The notes under the pieces: generated by a model | Seen by the model: the letters and a program-made list of their open reading frames with translations, nothing else | Told to the model about the DNA's origin: nothing | Database searches by the model: none | Made by a program: the position numbers and the translations under genes | Shown here: piece after piece, positions 37,701 to 46,477 of the stretch | Position numbering within the stretch: position 1 is the stretch's first letter | Layout: every line of letters starts with the position of its first letter | Assembly (NCBI GenBank): GCA_036676985.1 | Contig: JAKFBU010000056.1 | Location: forward strand, 1-64,000 | Source of the DNA: Candidatus Sericytochromatia bacterium | GTDB lineage: Bacteria > Cyanobacteriota > Sericytochromatia > S15B-MN24 > UBA4093 | Length of the DNA stretch: 64,000 bases | Reading direction: 5' to 3'

Positions 37701-39260
37701 ATGGCTTCCAAGCACCAGACCCTCAAGACCCTCTTCTGCTCGAGCGTGGCCATGGCCGTCCTGGCCGGCTGCGGCACCGGCCCCTCCATGGTGCCGACGA
37801 TCGAACACGGCATGGGCTTCGGCGGCACCGTTCCGTCGATCCAGGCCGGGGCCCCGAACCTGGAAGCAGGAGCAGCCGGTTTCAAGATCTTCGTCAACGA
37901 CGTGACCCACCCCTCGAACAGCTTCGTGCTCGCGACCAACCGCAACCACGTCTCGGACAACTTCCCCAACGGCGCCGCCAAGCTCGCCAAGCTCAAGGAG
38001 CTGCGCCCGAGCTGGGGTCAGGGCCGCTACATGTACCGCATCGGCCATGGTCCGACCGACGGCCGCAACGACTACAACTACATGACGGGCTACCACTTCG
38101 AGCAGCACTGGAACAAGAACGGCGGCTACCCCTACGACGACCTCCGCAACGCGCTCAAGGACGCCAACGACCTCGACGCCGAGCAGCTGCACGTCGTGAA
38201 CTTCGGCACCGGCACCGCCGAGGAGGCCGGCCGCTACGTCAGCTACCTGAACAACCCCAACGACGCGAACCGCAAGCAGTACCCCTTCCCCGTCCAGAAC
38301 GCCAAGTACTTCGAGATCGGCAACGAGATCAGCTGGTCCATGGTGCGCGGCCACGCCGAGCACGCCGCCACCGAGACGCAGTATGCCAAGCGCGCCAAGG
38401 AGTTCGCCCAGGCCATGCGCAAGTCCAGCCCCACGCCCATCAAGATCGGCGCGGTGGCCTCGACCAACTCGGCCTGGCGCTGGGACGGCGGCGGCGCCGA
38501 GGACGAGATCGTCAAGAACATCCTGACGACCATGGGCACGGACGTGGACTTCCTCATCTACCACGGCTATCCCAGCTGGCCGATCAAGAACGAGGGCGAC
38601 CTCAACACCTACATGGCCCAGAACGCCTGGAACGATCGTCTCCTGACCCAGAAGATCGAGCCTGCGATCAAGCAGTACGCCAAGCACAACGTCCAGATCG
38701 CCAACACGGAGTTCTTCACCGAGCAGTACAACGACACCAAGAAGGCGCGTGGCCTCTTCGGCGCCATCTACTCGGCCGACACCGTCAGCCTCGCGCTCAA
38801 CCACAACATGCTCGTCGCGAACCAGTTCTGCCTGGACCACGGCGAGTCGGCGGACGCCGCCTTCTTCTACGGCGACAACCCCGAGCGCGTGACGCCCATC
38901 TTCCAGTTCCAGAAGATGCTCGCCAAGCACTGGGGCGACCAGCAGATCAAGGTCGACGCGCAGGCCATCCCCACCAACCAGGTCGGCGACATCGCGGTGC
39001 CCAAGCTCGGCATCACGGCCTCCAAGGGCCGCAACGGCAAGGTCTACGTGATGGTCACCAACCGCACGCAGTCCGAGGCCGTCAACGCGAAGCTCGCCCT
39101 CGGCTTCACGCCGAAGTCGGCGACCGCCCACGTCCTGTCCGGCACCGCCGGCTGGGACTCGGACGAGAACAACACCAAGGTCGAGACCAAGGCCGTTGGC
39201 CTGAACGGCGCCTACTCGTTCCCCGCAGCCTCGGTCACCATCCTCGAAATCACGCCCTAA
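37701..39260 (+). CDS. clan GH-A glycoside hydrolase lipoprotein (GH51/GH79/GH44-like)
   Basis: Lipobox LAGC; YFEIGNE acid/base and IANTEF nucleophile; C-terminal beta-sandwich ending FPAASVTILEI. Confidence 0.75.
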   Translation: MASKHQTLKTLFCSSVAMAVLAGCGTGPSMVPTIEHGMGFGGTVPSIQAGAPNLEAGAAGFKIFVNDVTHPSNSFVLATNRNHVSDNFPNGAAKLAKLKELRPSWGQGRYMYRIGHGPTDGRNDYNYMTGYHFEQHWNKNGGYPYDDLRNALKDANDLDAEQLHVVNFGTGTAEEAGRYVSYLNNPNDANRKQYPFPVQNAKYFEIGNEISWSMVRGHAEHAATETQYAKRAKEFAQAMRKSSPTPIKIGAVASTNSAWRWDGGGAEDEIVKNILTTMGTDVDFLIYHGYPSWPIKNEGDLNTYMAQNAWNDRLLTQKIEPAIKQYAKHNVQIANTEFFTEQYNDTKKARGLFGAIYSADTVSLALNHNMLVANQFCLDHGESADAAFFYGDNPERVTPIFQFQKMLAKHWGDQQIKVDAQAIPTNQVGDIAVPKLGITASKGRNGKVYVMVTNRTQSEAVNAKLALGFTPKSATAHVLSGTAGWDSDENNTKVETKAVGLNGAYSFPAASVTILEITP

Positions 39261-39284
39261 CGCACGTCGCATCCACGCAAATCG

Positions 39285-39315
39285 GCGTCCCCCTGGCTTC
39301 AGGGGGACGCTTTTT
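39285..39315 (+). terminator. intrinsic terminator
   Basis: GCGTCCCCCTG-GCTT-CAGGGGGACGC followed by TTTTT. Confidence 0.9.
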
Positions 39316-39360
39316 CGCTCTGATCGTTTATGATGAGAGCGATCACCCCAGGGAGGTGTC

Positions 39361-39645
39361 ATGTTCGACCACCTACAGACGCCCGAACAAATCGAGGCCT
39401 ACCTCGCCGAGGCCCGCACCCGGCTCGACGAAGCCGCCTGGCGCCAACTGGTCCACCAACTCGCCGACGAGATGGCCAAGCGCGCCGACTCGCCCGGTGC
39501 CGAGCTCTTGCAGCGGATCCGGGTCTACAAGCGGGCCACCGACCAGCTGGAGCTGCCGCCCGAGCTCGAGGCGACCACCGAGTCGCCCAAAGCCAAGGCC
39601 CGCGGCTGGAAGGTCCTCTTGGGCGGACGCACGCGCCCGGAATAG
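39361..39645 (+). CDS. hypothetical protein (94 aa, helical)
   Basis: Strong RBS GGAGGTG and typical codon usage. Confidence 0.65.
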   Translation: MFDHLQTPEQIEAYLAEARTRLDEAAWRQLVHQLADEMAKRADSPGAELLQRIRVYKRATDQLELPPELEATTESPKAKARGWKVLLGGRTRPE

Positions 39646-39826
39646 CCGTCCCGGGCCTCGAGCAGGTGTCCTGCGGGACGGCAATACGGCTTGAAGCGCC
39701 CGTCTCGCCGGGGCTTCCGCTTGCCGTTGCGCTGGCTGGGCGCACGCGGTAAGCTTGCTTTGAGTGCGTCGCCCCCAGGCCCCTGACCACGAACCTGACC
39801 TGGTATCCCGACCGAAGGAGAATCCC

Positions 39827-40603
39827 GTGCGCTCCGCTTTCATCGCCGCCATCGCCGTCCTGGGGCTCACTGCCCCGGCTCATGCCTATCCGACCGCGCT
39901 CGTGAACGTGCCGACCGGAGGCGTGACGCCGTACAAGAGCTATCACTTCGGCCTCTACAACTACGTGCAGCCGAGCCTGATCCCCACCATGGACTCGCCG
40001 TACCTCGGCATGGGGTCGCTGTCGGTCGGGCTCGTGCCCTTCTTCGATCTGGCTCCGGGCGTGGCGGCGGGTGCCGTCGAGCTGGGCGTGGACGGGTTCT
40101 ATCCCTTCCCGAGCAGCCTCTATCCGGTCGACGCGGCATGGCCGTCGGGCGGCGGTCCCCTCATGGCGCAGCCGCACTTCAAGATCGGCCTCCTGCAGGA
40201 GACGGACATCCTGCCCGGACTCGCGGTGGGCAGCTACTTCCTCGGCCTGCCGGACATCACCTTGTCGGCCAACATGCTGCATGCGAGCGCCACCAAGTGG
40301 CTCACGCTGCAGGACTGGGATCTGGGCCAGTTCACCGTCACGGCCTACCACGGCAACCCGCTCGCCCTCGGATCCAGCGCGAACGGTCTGATGGCGGGCT
40401 ACTACCGCAACCTGCCCTGGAACCTCTACGTCATGGGCGACTACACGACGGGCTCGAGCCAGATCAGCGGCACCAACCTTGCGCTCGGCTACACCGTCAA
40501 CCGCACGCTCAGTGTCACGGGCGGCGTCTTCGTGTCGGGCCGTGCCGGCAACGAGAACAAGGGCTTCATCTTCCTCGACTGGATCGGCGATCTGCCCATC
40601 TAG
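39827..40603 (+). CDS. putative outer-membrane beta-barrel protein
   Basis: RBS AAGGAG; signal peptide ending AHA; aromatic/Gly-rich alternating strands. Confidence 0.6.
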   Translation: MRSAFIAAIAVLGLTAPAHAYPTALVNVPTGGVTPYKSYHFGLYNYVQPSLIPTMDSPYLGMGSLSVGLVPFFDLAPGVAAGAVELGVDGFYPFPSSLYPVDAAWPSGGGPLMAQPHFKIGLLQETDILPGLAVGSYFLGLPDITLSANMLHASATKWLTLQDWDLGQFTVTAYHGNPLALGSSANGLMAGYYRNLPWNLYVMGDYTTGSSQISGTNLALGYTVNRTLSVTGGVFVSGRAGNENKGFIFLDWIGDLPI

Positions 40604-40609
40604 CCGCTT

Positions 40610-42112
40610 ATGAGCGATCGCCTCTCACGCCGGGATTTCCTCAAGCTCCTGGGCCTGTCGGGCGTCTCGCTCGGTCTTTCGAGCTGGCCGGCCGACGCCT
40701 TCGCCGCCGCCCCTGACGTTAGGGTGCTTGTCGGCGGCGAGGACCTGCGCCTCGGCCACATGCTGCGGGATGGCCACCGTCTTGAGGCCCCTGCCCCGTC
40801 GCTGAAGGTGGACGTCGTGGTGGTCGGCGGCGGCATCAGCGGCCTCACGGCCGCCCACTACCTGCGCGACGCGGACTTGCTCGTGCTCGAGAAGGAAACC
40901 CGCCTCGGCGGCCATGCCCGCAAGGGCACCTGGCGCGACCTGACCTACAGCGAAGGGGCGGCCTACCTCGTGGACGCCTCGGGCCACGTGGGGGACCTGC
41001 TCGGCGACCTGAGCCTGGACCTGCGCCGCATCCGAGAGCCGGGGGACGCCTACTACCTCGCAAAGCGCCATGTGACGGACTTCTGGGGTGAAGGGGCCGA
41101 GCGCCTTCCGCTCTCGGAGGCTGCCCGGCGGGGCTTCCGTGCGTTCATGCGCGACCTGTCCGCCATGAAGGAATTGCCCACCCTTCCGGTGGAAAAGGCG
41201 TCGTCTGCCGCCTTGCGGCTCGATACCCAGTCGTTTGGCGCATCCGTCCGCCGTTATGGGCCGGAGGTCCACCGCTACCTCGATCTCTACTGCCGCTCGG
41301 CCCTGGGGGGACCGGTGGACGGGATCTCCGCCTACTGGGGCCTCAACTTCATGAGCGGCGAGTTCGACCCACGCTACACCATGCCGGGCGGGCTAGCGGC
41401 GGTGGCGGAGGCGCTCACCCGCTCCGTGGATCCCGCGCGCGTCCGGACCGGGGCGCACGTCTTTCGGGTCGAGCCCGTCGGCGACCGGGTCCATGTGAGC
41501 TTCCTGCAGGGAGACGAGCCCGTGACGGTCGCGGCCAGGGCGGCCGTGGTGGCCATGCCCAAGCAGATCGCCAAGCACGTGGTGGTGGGCTTGCCTGACA
41601 AGCAGCGGGCGGCCATGGCGGCCATGCGCTACGAGCCCTACGTGGTGGCGAACGTGCTCCTGACCATGCGGGCGAGTCGCCCGGCCTACGACACCTGGGT
41701 AGCCGGCGAACCCTTTACGGACGTCATCGTCGCCGACTGGGTCAACCCGGATCCGGGCCGGCGCCACTCGGTCCTGACGGCCTACTGCCCGTTGCCGCAG
41801 GCGGAGCGCTTCCGGCTCTTGGACGATCGGTGGGTCCATGGCCTGGGGCGCCGGGTGGTGCAGTCACTCGATCGCATGTATCCGGGTCTGGCGAGCCAGG
41901 TGGTGGAGGTCCGCGCCTATCGGCGGGGGCATGCGATGGTGCAATCGGCGCCAGGGGCGCTCACGACCCTGCGACCCGAGGCGATCAGGCCGCACGGATC
42001 GATCGTCTTCGCGCACTCGGACTCCCAGATGGCTGCGGCCATCGAGTGCGCCATCTGGGAAGGCCAGGAGAGCGCCAAGCAGGTCAAGCGACTCCTCACG
42101 CGTAAGGGGTAA
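40610..42112 (+). CDS. Tat-exported flavin amine-oxidase family oxidoreductase
   Basis: Twin-arginine SRRDFLK; VVGGGISGL dinucleotide fold; LEKE.RLGG; GHAM; FAHSD. Confidence 0.85.
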   Translation: MSDRLSRRDFLKLLGLSGVSLGLSSWPADAFAAAPDVRVLVGGEDLRLGHMLRDGHRLEAPAPSLKVDVVVVGGGISGLTAAHYLRDADLLVLEKETRLGGHARKGTWRDLTYSEGAAYLVDASGHVGDLLGDLSLDLRRIREPGDAYYLAKRHVTDFWGEGAERLPLSEAARRGFRAFMRDLSAMKELPTLPVEKASSAALRLDTQSFGASVRRYGPEVHRYLDLYCRSALGGPVDGISAYWGLNFMSGEFDPRYTMPGGLAAVAEALTRSVDPARVRTGAHVFRVEPVGDRVHVSFLQGDEPVTVAARAAVVAMPKQIAKHVVVGLPDKQRAAMAAMRYEPYVVANVLLTMRASRPAYDTWVAGEPFTDVIVADWVNPDPGRRHSVLTAYCPLPQAERFRLLDDRWVHGLGRRVVQSLDRMYPGLASQVVEVRAYRRGHAMVQSAPGALTTLRPEAIRPHGSIVFAHSDSQMAAAIECAIWEGQESAKQVKRLLTRKG

Positions 42113-42175
42113 TCTCAGCCGACAGGCTTACGAATTCCCGGCAGAGGATGTGCCCCCCTTGAGCCCCACAAAAAT

Positions 42176-42232
42176 CCGTTTGTCTTGAGCCAGGTCGAAA
42201 GCATGTCCAGAGCTTGTCGAAGGGGCAAACGG
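42176..42232. repeat. degenerate second REP-like family element
   Basis: CCGTTTG...CAAACGG inverted ends enclose two related units, GTCTTGAGCCAGGTCGAAAG and GTCCAGAGCTTGTCGAAGG. Confidence 0.5.
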
Positions 42233-42241
42233 TTCCTTATC

Positions 42242-43990
42242 CTACCGCTTGATGGGCAGTCCAGCTTCCTTGGCCGCCTCGAACAGCTCCTTCAGCGGCC
42301 CCTCGGAGCGCAGCACCGTGATGCCCTCGGCCGCCGTGCGGGGGTTGATGCCACCGTAGACGATGCCCTCCAGGAGGTGGCTCGCCTCCTTGGGGTCAAG
42401 GGCCTCCTTCACGATCCGGTTGATGGTCAGGTGGGGCACGTCGGGCCACGCGAAGCGCACCTGGCTGAAGGCCTCGCGCGGATTCGTGAGCTTCCGCGCC
42501 ATGTAGTTGTGGTTGCCGTCCGAGAAGAGCACGCGGCTCGCCAGGTCCGACTCCTTGTAGCGCATCATCGACTCGCCGTACTTGGCGATGTCCCGGGCGT
42601 ACTTCTTGTTGCCGCCCACCGTGACGTAGAGCGGATTCTCGCCACGCAGGCCGAGGCGCAGGTCGGCGGCGTTGCGGCGCAGCACATAGCCGAGGCCCTT
42701 GTGCTTGATCTGATCCTTCACGGGCAGGTCGTACAACGAGCGGATGCGGCCTTCCTTGATGGCGCTCACGAGCGCGCTGTTGGGGTAGTTCGCCGCGATG
42801 AACATCTCCTTGCGGACGTAGTCGTAGAGCGCGCCGTACTTGCGCTCGGCCACTTCCCGGCTGCCGAACTTCTCGGTGAGGACCTTGAGCGTGTCCTCCT
42901 TGTAGCGGGCGGCATTGGCGCGGCTCTGCGCCCAGGACTCGAGGACGCGGGGGTGCAGCTTCTGGACGGGCTGCAGGCCGACCTTGCGGATGGCGTCCTG
43001 GTGCTGGCCGGCGGCCTCGCCGAGCGCCTCTTCGATGCCCGAGAGGCCCCGCTCCTTGGCGAGCGAATCGTAGAAGCCGAGCATATCCGTGCGCAGGTTC
43101 TGCTTGCGGCGGACGGCCGCATTCACGAACTCATCGGCGGTCTTGTAGCCGGCGAGCGGCTGGCCCTGCTGGTAGCGGGCCGCGGCGTAGGGACGCAGCA
43201 TGTCGCGGAACGTGTCGTCGGAGAGCGCCTCGACCTTGGCGACCTGGTCCAAGCCCTTCTGGAAGTCGAGCTTGACCTTGCCCTCGACGTAGCCCTCCCA
43301 GAGGTTGTTGAAGATGGGCTTCTTGGCGTTGGGCTGGTAGAGGCGATCCAGGGAGTCCGAGGGGAAGAAGCGGTACATCTGGCCGAGGTCGATGGTCTCG
43401 ATGGCGCCGGACTTGTGCACGAGGAAGTTCTCGACCTTGCCGTCGTGATCCGAGATGAGCCACCGAGCGACGTGCGACTGCGTGAGCTCATCGACCTGGG
43501 CCTGGGTCAGCTGGGTCACATCCGAGGTCAGCTTCTCGCCGCTGTGCTCGACCATCTGCTGGATGGTGCCGAAGCGAACCTGGCCGTTGATCGACTGCTC
43601 GGTCAGGTGGACCTTGGGGGTGCGGATGCCGACCGCGCCGAGCACGTCACCGCCGACCTTGTCGCCGAGGGCGCGGAACTCCTCACCCGAGGGAACGGTC
43701 TTGAACATCCAGCGTCGGCCGAACTGGTCCTCCATGATCTGCTTGGGGAGGTGGCCGCCCGACAGACCGCCCTGCTCGGCGGCGCGCTTGAAGACGAGCT
43801 CGGCGAGCTCCGCGTCGGGCTTGAGGGGGATGGCGCGCTTGGCGGCGCTCGAGAGCTGCAGGACGTCCTTGCCGAGGCCCTTGGCGGCGGTCTCGGCGCC
43901 CTGGCGGGCCGCGTCGTCCGAGACGGAGGTGAGCGTGCGACGCACCGCCGCCTGCATCCGGTCCAGTCCTGCGCGAATCATCGAGCCCAT
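42242..43990 (-). CDS. putative effector: HipA/PI4K-like kinase domain plus DUF3626-like (ART-fold) domain
   Basis: Kinase motifs RWMFK, WLISDHDGKVENFL and TIDLG. C-terminal motifs ANYP, EGRIRSLYD, NPLY, KYG, RVLFSDGN and LEGIVYGG. Low-complexity N-terminus. Confidence 0.6.
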   Translation of the reverse strand: MGSMIRAGLDRMQAAVRRTLTSVSDDAARQGAETAAKGLGKDVLQLSSAAKRAIPLKPDAELAELVFKRAAEQGGLSGGHLPKQIMEDQFGRRWMFKTVPSGEEFRALGDKVGGDVLGAVGIRTPKVHLTEQSINGQVRFGTIQQMVEHSGEKLTSDVTQLTQAQVDELTQSHVARWLISDHDGKVENFLVHKSGAIETIDLGQMYRFFPSDSLDRLYQPNAKKPIFNNLWEGYVEGKVKLDFQKGLDQVAKVEALSDDTFRDMLRPYAAARYQQGQPLAGYKTADEFVNAAVRRKQNLRTDMLGFYDSLAKERGLSGIEEALGEAAGQHQDAIRKVGLQPVQKLHPRVLESWAQSRANAARYKEDTLKVLTEKFGSREVAERKYGALYDYVRKEMFIAANYPNSALVSAIKEGRIRSLYDLPVKDQIKHKGLGYVLRRNAADLRLGLRGENPLYVTVGGNKKYARDIAKYGESMMRYKESDLASRVLFSDGNHNYMARKLTNPREAFSQVRFAWPDVPHLTINRIVKEALDPKEASHLLEGIVYGGINPRTAAEGITVLRSEGPLKELFEAAKEAGLPIKR

Positions 43991-44047
43991 TGTGTCCCCC
44001 TAACCCGACCGTAACTTGACAGCCTATTAACACAACCCGTAGGGGGT

Positions 44048-44074
44048 ATATCGGCCCGGCGGCCGCATACTTTC
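44048..44074 (-). promoter_or_regulatory. sigma28 (FliA/SigD)-type promoter
   Basis: Minus strand GAAAGTAT-N11-GCCGATAT, compared with consensus TAAAGTTT-N11-GCCGATAA/T; about 58 nt upstream of ATG 43990. Confidence 0.7.
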
Positions 44075-44213
44075 TTAAGTACGCGGTAAGAATCGGAAAA
44101 GGTTGAAGCAAGCAGGTTATGGAGGGTTGGGGAGGGGTTAAATTTAAGCGTTTTTGACAAGTCGTTAACAGGTCTTCTGGATAACCGGTATGTAAGGTCC
44201 GAGGAGGTTGGCG

Positions 44214-44753
44214 ATGATGTTCGATGGCTTGCTGAAGGGACAACCGATCAACCAGGTCTTCAGCAAGGCCGTTCGTCCGTTCGCGGCCTCGGAGGCACAG
44301 GGCCAGCAGGCGCTGCAGGCGAATGCCGTCCAGTCGTCGGCGGTGCTGCCCGCTCAGATCCAGGATTTGAACGAGGGTCAGAGCGCCCAGTTCCAGCGCA
44401 AGAGTGCCGAGTACTTCGGCAAGCTGGTGGCGCAGGGCCGGATCAATCCCCGCACGGTCACCAAGGAAGAGTTCGTCGTCAAGGCGGAGCCTTTGGCGAC
44501 GAAGGACCCGTTTTCGTTTGATTGGTTGGAGACGGCGAAGCGTTTGCTGTCGGCGTTCACGATGGTGGCGGACGTTCGCATCTCGGGCAACCGGGAGCGG
44601 GTGGAGCGCGAGGAAGCGCTGCATCAGCTGCAGCAGGTGCGCGAGATCGGGCTGAAGCAGGTGGAGGCTCGTCGCTCGGTGATGGGCCGGGACCAGATGC
44701 TCATCAGCCCGGCGGCCTTGGCCGTGTCGCGCGAGCGGGCGATCAAGCGCTAG
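44214..44753 (+). CDS. hypothetical helical protein with C-terminal D.x.IS.AA motif
   Basis: RBS GAGGAGG; open frame of about 180 codons ending DQMLISPAALAVS. Confidence 0.7.
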   Translation: MMFDGLLKGQPINQVFSKAVRPFAASEAQGQQALQANAVQSSAVLPAQIQDLNEGQSAQFQRKSAEYFGKLVAQGRINPRTVTKEEFVVKAEPLATKDPFSFDWLETAKRLLSAFTMVADVRISGNRERVEREEALHQLQQVREIGLKQVEARRSVMGRDQMLISPAALAVSRERAIKR

Positions 44754-44817
44754 TAACGAACTTACGGTAAAATATCAACCATCACTCCATCCCCCTGCTT
44801 TGCAGGGGGATAATTCC

Positions 44818-45242
44818 TTATGCCCCCCTTGCCGAAGGCAGGGGGGGAAGGGGGGGAAGGGGGGGTCAAATGGACAGCGTCCGCGTGAGAGCCAGAGAGT
44901 TAAGAAGAGACATGACCGAGCCCGAATACAGGCTCTGGCACGCGCTCAAGCACAACCAGTTAGGCGCCAAGTTCCGCCGCCAGGCACCAAAGGGCCCGTA
45001 CATCTTGGATTTCTACTGCCCGCAACACAAGCTCGTGATCGAAGTCGATGGTGAGTCGCATGCCATGGATTCCCGTGATGAACGGAGAGACGCCTGGCTG
45101 ACGAATCAGGGGTTTCGCGTGCTCCGATTCTGGAACCACGACATCATGCGCAACTTGGACGGAGTGGTGGCGGTGATTTATCGTGAGCTGCGAGGTGGCG
45201 GTTAACCCCCCCTTCCCCCACTGCTTCGCAAGGGGGGCATAA
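44818..45242. mobile_element. putative mini-element: DUF559 nuclease gene bracketed by palindromic inverted repeats
   Basis: Left TTATGCCCCCCTTGCCGAAGGCAG7AAG7AAG7TCAA; right, reverse-complemented, TTATGCCCCCCTTGCGAAGCAGTG5AAG7TTAA. Extra hairpin ATCCCCCTGC-TTT-GCAGGGGGAT at 44789-44811. Confidence 0.65.
44870..45205 (+). CDS. DUF559 (Vsr-like) endonuclease domain protein
   Basis: RARELRR.MT..E..LW, KFRRQ.P.GPYILDF, LVIEVDG..H and RD..L...G.RVLRFWN motifs. Confidence 0.93.
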   Translation: MDSVRVRARELRRDMTEPEYRLWHALKHNQLGAKFRRQAPKGPYILDFYCPQHKLVIEVDGESHAMDSRDERRDAWLTNQGFRVLRFWNHDIMRNLDGVVAVIYRELRGGG

Positions 45243-45280
45243 AGCGTTTCCCTGTGGGAATATTTTTGGTGGTTTTTTCC

Positions 45281-46477
45281 CTAGAATGCCTTCAACACCT
45301 CGGCCAGGCGCTCGGCGGCGAGGTGCAGCTCCGCCTCCGTGTTCAAGATGTCCGGGCACAACCGCAGATACCCGCTCCGGGCATCCGTGTTCACGCCCTC
45401 GGCATGCAGCGCCTTCGACACGTCCGCCGCCCGCGCATGCCGCACCGTCACGAACGCCCCCCGGTCCGGACGTGCCCCGACCGCTGCGACGCCGCGCTCC
45501 GCGAGCGCCCCCACCAAGATCGACTGCTGGTGCAGCGAGTAGGTCCGCAAACGACCCACCCCCAGCTCCCACACCAGCTCCAGACCCGCCCGGGCCTGGA
45601 ACAACGGCAGGATCGGCGGCGTCGACTCGAGAAAGGCATCCCCGCCCACCCCGAATTCCGGCACCTCCGGACGCCCGTAGCGGAACGGCTCCTTTTTGGC
45701 GAACCAGCCCGTGTCCAGGGTCGACATCCCCGCGTCCAGGTGACGCGGATGTACGTACAGCCAGCACGCCCCCGGCCCGCCGCGCAGGTACTTGTAGCTG
45801 CCCCCGATGGCGAAGTCCGCGTTCAGCGCCCCTACGTCCACCGGCACCGTCCCCACCGCATGGTAGAGATCCACCAACACCCGCGCCCCATGCCGATGCG
45901 CCGCCGCGACCACCCGATCCAGGCCCTCGACCACCTGACCGGTCACGAACATGACCATCGACACGACCACCAGGTCCGTCGCGTCGTCGATGGCCGCCAC
46001 CAGGTCGTCCGCCCGGAACTCCCCGGCCGCGTCCGGCTCCACGTAGACCAGGTCCACGCGCCGATGCTCCCCATACACCTTCAGGATGAAGTCGATGGAG
46101 TCGAACTCGCCCCGGGTCGTGACCACCTTGATCCGGTCCCGGTACGTGTTGAGCACCGCCCGCAGGCCCTGGCCCGCGCTCGTCTTGGGCACGATGCAGT
46201 CCGGACGGGACGCGCCCAAGAGGCCCGCCACCCGGCCCCGGAAGGCCGACATGGCCTCCAACCAAGGCTCCCAGGCCCCGTCCATGTCCCGGTACCACAG
46301 GTCCATAGCCTCCTGGACGTCCTGGGCCGCGCGATCCGGCGGACGACCCAGCGAGTGGTTCGCCAGGTAAACCTCCTCGCGCGCGAGCACCCGCGAGAAC
46401 AGGGGATGCACGTGCTCCTCGAGGGCAGCCTCGGTCAACAGGTGCGGGCCCAGCGCCCGGACGGCCGCATGGATCAT
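45281..46477 (-). CDS. kynU: kynureninase
   Basis: [12 protein letters not shown] and GGSYKYL.GGPG motifs; ATGA-coupled to kynA. Confidence 0.85.
   Translation of the reverse strand: MIHAAVRALGPHLLTEAALEEHVHPLFSRVLAREEVYLANHSLGRPPDRAAQDVQEAMDLWYRDMDGAWEPWLEAMSAFRGRVAGLLGASRPDCIVPKTSAGQGLRAVLNTYRDRIKVVTTRGEFDSIDFILKVYGEHRRVDLVYVEPDAAGEFRADDLVAAIDDATDLVVVSMVMFVTGQVVEGLDRVVAAAHRHGARVLVDLYHAVGTVPVDVGALNADFAIGGSYKYLRGGPGACWLYVHPRHLDAGMSTLDTGWFAKKEPFRYGRPEVPEFGVGGDAFLESTPPILPLFQARAGLELVWELGVGRLRTYSLHQQSILVGALAERGVAAVGARPDRGAFVTVRHARAADVSKALHAEGVNTDARSGYLRLCPDILNTEAELHLAAERLAEVLKAF

Noticed and set aside
44818-45242. Classical IS element
   Set aside because: It has no DDE, HUH or serine transposase and no target-site duplication, so it is reported as a REP-like cassette instead.
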